Origin: Mycobacterium tuberculosis H37Rv
GTDB lineage: Bacteria; Actinomycetota; Actinomycetes; Mycobacteriales; Mycobacteriaceae
DNA length: 32,000 bases
Direction: 5' to 3'
Assembly: GCF_000195955.2 (NCBI RefSeq)
Contig: NC_000962.3
Coordinates: 690,001-722,000 of the forward strand
A program made the position numbers and the translations under genes. The notes beneath the pieces were generated by a model that was not told the origin of the DNA, did not search any database, and worked only from the letters and a program-made list of their open reading frames with translations. Below are positions 25,370-32,000 of this stretch, one piece after another; within the stretch, counting starts at the first letter, position 1; the number at the start of each line of letters is the position of its first letter.

Positions 25370-26317
25370 ATGAGTTTCTGCGTGTATTGCGGTGCCGAGC
25401 TTGCCGACCCGACCAGGTGCGGGGCGTGCGGCGCATACAAGATTGGTTCAACCTGGCATCGGACCACGACGCCGACGGTCGGCGCCGCGACGACGGCAAC
25501 GGGATGGCGACCCGATCCCACCGGTCGCCACGAGGGACGCTACTTCGTCGCCGGGCAGCCGACCGACCTCGTTCGCGAGGGCGACGCCGAAGCCGTTGAC
25601 CCACTTGGTCAGCAGCAGCTGGATCAGTCAGGTGCCGTTGGTGTTTCGCCGTCAGCGGTGTCGGGGTGGGTGCGTTCTGGGCACCGTCGACTGTGGTGGG
25701 CGCTTGCGGGCGTGGTGGCGTTTCTCGGGCTGGTGGGAGCCGGTGTCGTCGGGACGCTGTTCCTGAATCGAGACCGGGAGTCCATCGACGACAAGTACCT
25801 CGCCGCCTTGAGGCGGTCCGGACTCACCGGTGAGTTCAACTCCGACGCGAACGCCATCGCCCGCGGCAAGCAGGTGTGCCGCCAGTTGCAAGACGGTGGC
25901 GAACAGCAGGGGATGCCGGTCGATCAGGTCGCCGTGCAATACTACTGCCCGCAGTTCAGCGATGGCTTCCATATCCTGGAAACCATAACTGTCACTGGAA
26001 GTTTCACCCTCAAGGATGAATCGCCAAACGTGTACGCACCGGCGATCACCGTGTCGGGCTCCGGGTGCTCAGGGTCAGCCGGCTACGCCGACATCGACCG
26101 GGGAACGCAGGTGACGGTGAAAAACGGTCAGGGGGACATCCTGGCCACGGCCTTCCTGCAGGCGGGTCAGGGCGGCCGATTCTTGTGCACCTTCCCTTTC
26201 TCGTTTGAAATCACCGAGGGCGAAGACCGCTACGTCGTGTCGGTCAGTCGTCGAGGCGAAATGAGTTACTCGTTCGCCGATCTGAAGGCCAATGGGCTAT
26301 CGCTCGTCTTGGGCTGA
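25370..26317 (+). CDS. Zinc-ribbon single-TM membrane protein (Rv0622-like)
   Basis: 315 aa from ATG 25370: MSFCVYCGAELADPTRCGACG, TM LWWALAGVVAFLGLVGAGVVGTLFL. Confidence 0.82.
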   Translation: MSFCVYCGAELADPTRCGACGAYKIGSTWHRTTTPTVGAATTATGWRPDPTGRHEGRYFVAGQPTDLVREGDAEAVDPLGQQQLDQSGAVGVSPSAVSGWVRSGHRRLWWALAGVVAFLGLVGAGVVGTLFLNRDRESIDDKYLAALRRSGLTGEFNSDANAIARGKQVCRQLQDGGEQQGMPVDQVAVQYYCPQFSDGFHILETITVTGSFTLKDESPNVYAPAITVSGSGCSGSAGYADIDRGTQVTVKNGQGDILATAFLQAGQGGRFLCTFPFSFEITEGEDRYVVSVSRRGEMSYSFADLKANGLSLVLG

Positions 26318-26375
26318 GTCACCGCGGTATTCGGCACGGCGCACCGCTGCGCAACCAGCTAGCGCTGACCGTGTG

Positions 26376-26404
26376 ATCTAGAATCTAGCTACTAGTATAG
26401 AATC
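26376..26404. promoter_or_regulatory. AT-rich repeat region upstream of vapB30, candidate operator
   Basis: ATCTAGAATCTAGCTACTAGTATAGAATC; TAGAATC direct repeats at 26379-26385 and 26398-26404 flank CTAGctaCTAG. Confidence 0.4.
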
Positions 26405-26409
26405 GAGAC

Positions 26410-26664
26410 ATGGCGCTGAGTATCAAGCACCCGGAAGCCGACCGGCTCGCGCGAGCGCTTGCGGCGCGCACCGGCGAGACGTTGACCGAGGCAGTGGTTA
26501 CCGCGTTGCGCGAGCGGCTCGCTCGTGAGACTGGGCGTGCCCGTGTTGTCCCGTTGCGCGACGAGCTTGCCGCGATTCGGCACCGGTGCGCAGCGTTGCC
26601 GGTGGTCGACAACCGGTCCGCTGAGGCGATTCTCGGCTATGACGAGCGCGGATTGCCGGCCTGA
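26410..26664 (+). CDS. vapB30: Antitoxin VapB30 (Rv0623 family)
   Basis: 84 aa [40 protein letters not shown]. Confidence 0.93.
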
Positions 26665-27059
26665 TGGTGATCGACACGTCCGCGCTCGTTGCGATGCTCA
26701 GCGACGAGCCAGACGCAGAGCGGTTCGAGGCCGCCGTCGAAGCCGACCACATCCGGCTGATGTCGACGGCGTCTTACCTGGAAACGGCACTCGTGATAGA
26801 AGCCCGCTTCGGTGAACCGGGCGGACGTGAGCTGGATCTGTGGCTTCATCGCGCCGCGGTCGACCTTGTTGCCGTGCATGCCGACCAAGCGGATGCCGCG
26901 CGCGCCGCCTACCGCACGTACGGCAAGGGAAGGCATCGTGCGGGGCTCAACTACGGCGACTGCTTCTCATACGGCCTCGCCAAGATCAGCGGCCAGCCAC
27001 TCCTGTTCAAGGGCGAAGATTTCCAACACACCGACATCGCCACGGTCGCGCTGCCCTAA
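26664..27059 (+). CDS. vapC30: PIN-domain toxin VapC30
   Basis: 131 aa [25 protein letters not shown]...RAGLNYGDCFSYGLAKISGQPLLFKGEDFQHTDI. Confidence 0.94.
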   Translation: MVIDTSALVAMLSDEPDAERFEAAVEADHIRLMSTASYLETALVIEARFGEPGGRELDLWLHRAAVDLVAVHADQADAARAAYRTYGKGRHRAGLNYGDCFSYGLAKISGQPLLFKGEDFQHTDIATVALP

Positions 27060-27152
27060 TTCTTAGTCAGCCAGGTGTTCGCCGCACCGGCTTTCGGCAG
27101 CGTCAACGGTGTTGTTAAGTGCGGCAGAAGGTTCACAAGGCATGTCGACCGC

Positions 27153-27893
27153 TCAGCGTGCTCCGACTTCGCGATCCGGATCCTCGACGCCGCCGTCCGC
27201 GCCGTCGCCACGGGCGTGTGCACGCCACTGGCGGTACCCGTGTCGCGCCGCGAACGCACCGATGATGGCGGTGACGCACCACACCGCGATCGCGCAGGAC
27301 GCCAGCAGCGGTGAGCGATCGCCGATCGCCGCACCCAATGCGGTGTAGGCGAATGCCCGCGGCGCGGAACCGATGAATGCACCGACGGCCATCTGCCACA
27401 ACGGAACTCCGAACGTCCCGAACGCATAGGAGGCGAACGCATCCGATATGCCGGGGACAAAGCGTTGGCCGACGACGGCCCACAGGCCGCATCGTTCGAT
27501 CAGCGCGTCGGTGCGATCGGCACGTTCCCCGCCCAGCAGGGCTCGCGCGCTGGCCCGGCCGGCTCGACGGCCGACCAGGCTCGCGACAACGGCGGTGCCC
27601 ACCGTGGCACCCAGCGTCACGAAGACCCCCACTAGCGGACCGAACAGCAGCCCGCTGCTTGCGGCCAGGATCGGGCCCGGGACGAACAACGCGCCGAGCA
27701 CGGCCGACACTACGACATAGGTCAGCGGCGCCGCCGGCCCGGTCGCCGAGACCGCGCCCCGCACCGCGGCCACATCGATGACGTCCGTGGCGGCTACCAG
27801 GTAGAACATTCCTACAAGGAAGCCGGCGAACACGACAAGCCGCACGATGTGGCGTCGCCGGGATGTCGGTGCGGAATCGTTGTGAGTGCTCAT
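27153..27893 (-). CDS. VTT/SNARE-associated (DedA-like) membrane protein (Rv0625c-like)
   Basis: 246 aa; ILAASSGLLFGPLVGVFVTLGATVGTAVVASLVGRRAGR...GLWAVVGQRFVPGISDAFASYAFG. Confidence 0.85.
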   Translation of the reverse strand: MSTHNDSAPTSRRRHIVRLVVFAGFLVGMFYLVAATDVIDVAAVRGAVSATGPAAPLTYVVVSAVLGALFVPGPILAASSGLLFGPLVGVFVTLGATVGTAVVASLVGRRAGRASARALLGGERADRTDALIERCGLWAVVGQRFVPGISDAFASYAFGTFGVPLWQMAVGAFIGSAPRAFAYTALGAAIGDRSPLLASCAIAVWCVTAIIGAFAARHGYRQWRAHARGDGADGGVEDPDREVGAR

Positions 27894-27998
27894 GCTGACC
27901 GTGATTGTTCCGCACCGACGCTGGCCGCGCCCGTCGTCCCCGGCGTTGGCTGGGGAACCTCGGCTGCGCGGGCGCCGTCCGGCGAGCAACCCGTTTGT

Positions 27999-28023
27999 CC
28001 TACGATTGAGCTACGATCGTAGG
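27999..28023. promoter_or_regulatory. Candidate VapBC5 operator: CCTACGAT-tgagctacg-ATCGTAGG, containing the 12-bp palindrome CTACGATCGTAG (28011-28022)
   Basis: Direct reading; located immediately upstream of vapB5 start at 28025. Confidence 0.55.
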
Positions 28024-28024
28024 C

Positions 28025-28285
28025 ATGTCTGAGGTGGCCTCGCGTGAGCTGCGTAACGATACGGCCGGCGTGCTGCGCCGCGTGCGGGCAGGGGAGGACG
28101 TCACCATCACCGTCAGCGGCCGTCCGGTCGCGGTGCTTACCCCGGTTCGTCCGCGGCGCCGGCGTTGGCTGAGCAAAACGGAGTTCCTGTCGCGGTTGCG
28201 CGGCGCTCAAGCCGATCCCGGGCTCCGTAACGACCTCGCGGTCCTTGCCGGCGACACGACCGAGGATCTCGGGCCGATCCGGTGA
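28025..28285 (+). CDS. vapB5: Phd-type antitoxin VapB5
   Basis: 86 aa MSEVASRELRNDTAGVLRRVRAGEDVTITVSGRPVAVLTP. Confidence 0.92.
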   Translation: MSEVASRELRNDTAGVLRRVRAGEDVTITVSGRPVAVLTPVRPRRRRWLSKTEFLSRLRGAQADPGLRNDLAVLAGDTTEDLGPIR

Positions 28286-28689
28286 GCACGACGCCGGCCG
28301 CCGGAGTGCTCGACACGTCGGTGTTCATCGCGACCGAAAGCGGCCGGCAACTCGACGAGGCGCTGATCCCCGACCGGGTCGCCACCACCGTCGTCACCCT
28401 CGCCGAACTGCGCGTCGGCGTGCTGGCCGCGGCGACGACCGACATCCGGGCTCAACGCCTGGCGACCCTGGAATCCGTTGCCGATATGGAAACGTTGCCC
28501 GTCGACGACGATGCCGCCCGAATGTGGGCCCGATTGCGGATCCATCTTGCCGAGTCCGGTCGCCGGGTGCGGATCAACGACCTGTGGATCGCGGCCGTCG
28601 CGGCATCGCGAGCGCTGCCGGTCATCACCCAGGACGACGACTTCGCCGCCCTCGACGGTGCGGCCAGTGTGGAGATCATTCGGGTCTGA
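28282..28689 (+). CDS. vapC5: PIN-domain toxin VapC5
   Basis: 135 aa GTG start; LDTSVFIATESGRQLDEALIPDRVATTVVTLAELRVGVL...INDLWIAAVAASRALPVITQDDDFA. Confidence 0.93.
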   Translation: MSTTPAAGVLDTSVFIATESGRQLDEALIPDRVATTVVTLAELRVGVLAAATTDIRAQRLATLESVADMETLPVDDDAARMWARLRIHLAESGRRVRINDLWIAAVAASRALPVITQDDDFAALDGAASVEIIRV

Positions 28690-28760
28690 CTCGGTGGCCA
28701 CGCGTCTCTCGCGCTGTTGTCCGCACCCGCAGGGCGTCCCGGTGGGTCAACGCGGCGGCC

Positions 28761-29912
28761 TCAGTCGACGAACAGCGCCATCGACGCGGTAAACCCGTGC
28801 AACGCGTTGTGGCCCGCGACCGGGCCGATCTCCCCGGCGGCGAAGAAACCGGCCAGCGGAATCCCGCCCAGCAGGTCCTCGATCGTCGACGCGTCGTGGT
28901 CGGTGACCCCGAACATTCGTCGTCCGCGCCCGTTGCAGGTGAACAGCAGCCCACCGACCGGGGGCCCGGGCAGCTCCGCCGCCGCCCGCTCGACGGCCAG
29001 GCGCAGGTCCTTGTCGGCCGCCGCCGCGTCCCGGACCTGGAATTGCACGGTCGCGCCGACCTCGACAACCTCGCCGATCCCGATCGCCCCCGTCGTTGGG
29101 TCGGCGCCGAGCAGCCCGCGGATCAAAAAGTCGCCCTGACCCGGCACCGCCAGGTGCTCGTCGACGACGATTCCGATCTGCAGGCCGCGGCTGACCAGTT
29201 CCTGCTCGTCGGGCGCCATCCCCAAGACGATCTCCCGCAGGCGGTGCAGCGGCGGTCGGCCGCCCAGCTCGGTGATCACGGCACCGTCCGCGCCGGTGAC
29301 AATGTACGGTTCCCCGATCGGCCGGCAGCCCTGCGACACCACGGAAACGCTGTGCGCGCCGGGCAGGCGCACGCCGACCAGCCCGGAGGTGAGCACGTCG
29401 CGGTCACGAAACAGCCGGGTGTCGCCCCGCCGACGCCCACCGCTCACCACCCCGCCGACGACGGTCGTTCCCGGCAGGTCGGTGTTGAGGTGCTCGATGA
29501 GCAGATTCGACGGGAACGAGTACGGGTCCGGCAGCAGCAGGTGCAAGTCGTGCGCGGTCCGGTCGAAGCGGTAACCGGTGATCAGAGCGCCCGAGCCGGT
29601 GCGAACGAAGTCCAGGTGGAATGTCTCCGCGGGTGGGCCGGACGCCAGCCACACCGCCACCGCGGGCTCGTTCTCCAGCTCGTGGCGACCGGCGACGATG
29701 CCTTGGGCCACGCAACCGATCAGCGCGGCCGGCTCGACCGACGCCTGCACCGCAGCCAGCAGGTCCACGGCCTGGTCGGTGTGTGACCGCGATCCGAGGA
29801 GCACGGCCAGCGCCGGCGTCCCACCCGCGAGCTCCTCGCGCGCGTGCGCGGCAGCCTCCGCCGCGGCCCGGCGCACGTCCGGCGCGGTGGAAACCCCGAC
29901 TCCGATCCGCAC
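28761..29912 (-). CDS. FIST-domain protein (Rv0628c-like)
   Basis: 383 aa; [18 protein letters not shown]...[20 protein letters not shown]...[14 protein letters not shown]...[32 protein letters not shown] typical of FIST_N/FIST_C. Confidence 0.85.
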
Positions 29913-30004
29913 ACATCCATGATGCGCCGTCGCCGTGCTGTTCGTGTATGCGATGTCAAAGTCCGGGCGCGGTTACCCGACGAGCCGAGCACATCCCCGA
30001 CGAG

Positions 30005-31732
30005 TCAGCCACACCCCGTCGACTGTAACCGCATCCGCAACCCGCTGGCCCGCACCGCCCGGCGTGCGATCGCGGCCCGCACCGAAGCTTCGGACCCGAC
30101 CACCCGGACCTTGCGTTTGGCCCGGGTCACCGCGGTGTACAGCAACTCCCGGGTCAGCAACCGCGAATCCTCTTGCGGCATCAGCACCGTCACCTCGTCG
30201 ACCTGGCTGCCCTGACTCTTGTGGATGGTCATCGCGTGCATGGTCTCGACGTCGCCGAGGCGGCCGGTGGCAACGTCAAGTGGCCCGGATGCACCAGAAA
30301 TGACGGCCCGCAGACCGGTGGGGCCGGCCAGCACGACACCGGTGTCGCCGTTGTAGACGCGAAGGCCGTAGTCGTTGGCCGTCACCAGCAGCGGACGCCC
30401 GGCGTACCACGGCGTCCAGGGCGGCTGGCCGGTCTCCTCGGCGAGCCAGGCTTGAACCCGGCGGTTCCAGTGCAGCACGCCGGTGGGCCCGTCCCGATGC
30501 GCACACAGCAGCCGGTGCTCGTCCAGGGTGGCCAACGCGACGTCGGAGGCACCCAACAGCGCCGCCTCGCGCAGCCGCAACGCGTGTGGCACCAGCACCG
30601 CGCGCAACCGCGGCGCCGGATCCTCGTCGTCGACGAACTCGATCCGCTCCTCACCCGAGCGCAGCAGGCCCAGTACGGCATCGCCATCGCCGGCCCGGAT
30701 CGCTTCGGCCAAGGTACCGATCACCTTGCCGAACCGATGCGACGTTCGCAGCTGCGCCACCAGCGCGTCGTCGCGTACCGAGAAGCCATCGACCAAATCC
30801 GCCAGCACCGCTCCGGCTTCCACCGACGCCAACTGGTCGGCATCGCCGACGAGGATCAACCGGGCGCCCGGGCGCACCGCCTCGGCCAGCCGGGCCATCA
30901 GCGTCAGCGACACCATCGAGGTCTCGTCGACCACGATCACGTTGTGAGGCAACCGGTTCTGGCGATCCTGGCGAAACCGCGCTCCCGGTTTGGCACCCAG
31001 CAGACGATGCAGCGTGACCGCGTGCAGGTCGCCGAGCCGTGCCCGGTCGGTGGCGTCGAGCTTGGCCATCTCGCGCCGTACCGCCTCGGCCAGCCGGGCC
31101 GCCGCCTTGCCGGTGGGTGCGGCCAGCGCGATCCGCGGCCGCGGCTCACCGGCCAGCTCCGCCTGCTCGGCAACCAACGCCAGCAGCCGCGCGACCGTCG
31201 TCGTCTTCCCGGTGCCAGGCCCGCCAGTCAACACCGTAACACCTTGCGAGAGCGCGATTTCCGCCGCGCGCCGCTGCTCGTCAAAGCCGGTCGGGAACAG
31301 TCGCCGCAAGTCGGGTACCCCGGCCGGTCGCCTGGATGTCAGCAACGCGAGCAGGTCCGCGCACACCTGCTCTTCTTCGCGCCAGTAGCGGTCCAGATAG
31401 AGCAGCCGATCGTCATACAGGTGCAGCACGGGTGGATCGGCGAGCAACGGACTGGCCCGCACCGCCGCCAACCAGTCCGCCGGATCCGGCCACGGCAGGT
31501 CGTCGTGTCCAGCAACCCGCGCGATCGACAACAGATCCACACACACCGAACCGGCCCGTAGCGCGCGGACCGCCACCGCTACCGCCAACGCCACCCGCTC
31601 GTCGCTCTCCCCGGCCAGTGCACAGAGACGTTGCGCCACATGCACATCCGACACGTCCAGCACACCGGCCTGGTTGAAGGCCCGCACCATCCCGGAGGCC
31701 TCGACGGCAAAATCGACGTCGGTGAGCTTCAC
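30005..31732 (-). CDS. recD: Exodeoxyribonuclease V alpha subunit RecD
   Basis: 575 aa from GTG 31732; TVLTGGPGTGKTTTVARLL, VDETSMVSLTLMARL, GDADQLASVEAG, MTIHKSQGSQVDEV, LLYTAVTRAKR. Confidence 0.96.
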   Translation of the reverse strand: MKLTDVDFAVEASGMVRAFNQAGVLDVSDVHVAQRLCALAGESDERVALAVAVAVRALRAGSVCVDLLSIARVAGHDDLPWPDPADWLAAVRASPLLADPPVLHLYDDRLLYLDRYWREEEQVCADLLALLTSRRPAGVPDLRRLFPTGFDEQRRAAEIALSQGVTVLTGGPGTGKTTTVARLLALVAEQAELAGEPRPRIALAAPTGKAAARLAEAVRREMAKLDATDRARLGDLHAVTLHRLLGAKPGARFRQDRQNRLPHNVIVVDETSMVSLTLMARLAEAVRPGARLILVGDADQLASVEAGAVLADLVDGFSVRDDALVAQLRTSHRFGKVIGTLAEAIRAGDGDAVLGLLRSGEERIEFVDDEDPAPRLRAVLVPHALRLREAALLGASDVALATLDEHRLLCAHRDGPTGVLHWNRRVQAWLAEETGQPPWTPWYAGRPLLVTANDYGLRVYNGDTGVVLAGPTGLRAVISGASGPLDVATGRLGDVETMHAMTIHKSQGSQVDEVTVLMPQEDSRLLTRELLYTAVTRAKRKVRVVGSEASVRAAIARRAVRASGLRMRLQSTGCG

Positions 31733-32000
31733 GACTGCAGCCTTCCCCGGTCGAGCAGATCCGAGAGCGCCACCACCAACGCCGTGGGCGGGTTCCAGGT
31801 GAACACACCGGCCGGATGCCCGGCCGTCACCGGCGTCGCCGCACCGCACATGCCCCGCACAAACAGGTACAGCACCCCGCCGAGATGGCGCGCCGGAGCG
31901 TAATCCCGCTGCCGCCACCGCAGAAAGCGGTGCAGCACAACAACATACAGCAGCGCCTGCAGTGGGTAGTCCGAATGCAGCATGGCCTCGGTCAACCGCT
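31729..32000 (-). CDS. recB: Exodeoxyribonuclease V beta subunit RecB, C-terminal fragment (rest outside window)
   Basis: DYPLQALLYVVVLHRFLRWRQRDYAPARHLGGVLYLFVRGM; RecB nuclease domain signature; stop overlaps recD start. Confidence 0.93.
   Translation of the reverse strand, partial: RLTEAMLHSDYPLQALLYVVVLHRFLRWRQRDYAPARHLGGVLYLFVRGMCGAATPVTAGHPAGVFTWNPPTALVVALSDLLDRGRLQS

Noticed and set aside
28245-29786. 513-aa plus-strand ORF
   Set aside because: Antisense to the FIST-domain gene; Arg/Pro-rich composition without recognisable motifs. It starts in vapBC5 in a non-coding frame.
30173-31561. 462-aa plus-strand ORF
   Set aside because: Antisense of recD, which has clear helicase motifs on the minus strand.
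1-32000. CRISPR arrays, tRNA or rRNA genes
   Set aside because: No regularly spaced direct repeats of 24-37 bp and no recognisable tRNA/rRNA sequence seen by eye; a tRNAscan/CRISPR-finder run would be needed to be certain.

Overview
From remembered gene order and protein motifs (no database was used), this window looks like the Mycobacterium tuberculosis-complex stretch from the end of the mce2 operon to recD/recB, roughly Rv0591-Rv0630c in H37Rv numbering. It contains the mce2C(3')-mce2D-lprL-mce2F end of the mce2 operon, six VapBC toxin-antitoxin pairs (vapBC4, 27, 28, 29, 30, 5), and a DUF4143-type ATPase. It also contains a two-component system with a split histidine kinase, a PepSY-like exported protein plus the lipoprotein LpqO, a 3'-truncated IS607-type element (serine recombinase + TnpB), a SEC-C protein, a frameshifted galT with galK, two zinc-ribbon membrane proteins, a VTT-family membrane protein, a FIST-domain protein, and recD/recB. 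I did not find a convincing wholly new biological system. The less obvious signals are relics and chimeras: a galT ORF whose annotated-style N-terminus is a VapBC5-like remnant; a second copy of the galT 5' end fused to Rv0614; a frameshifted second copy of the Rv0613c 5' end beside the IS element; a partial Rv0612-like copy behind vapC28; an unannotated-looking UvrD-type helicase C-terminus antisense to the vapC27 3' end; a possible MazF C-terminal relic; and related palindromic putative operators at vapBC4 and vapBC5. Single-base lesions can be placed in the histidine kinase and in the galT active-site HPH motif.
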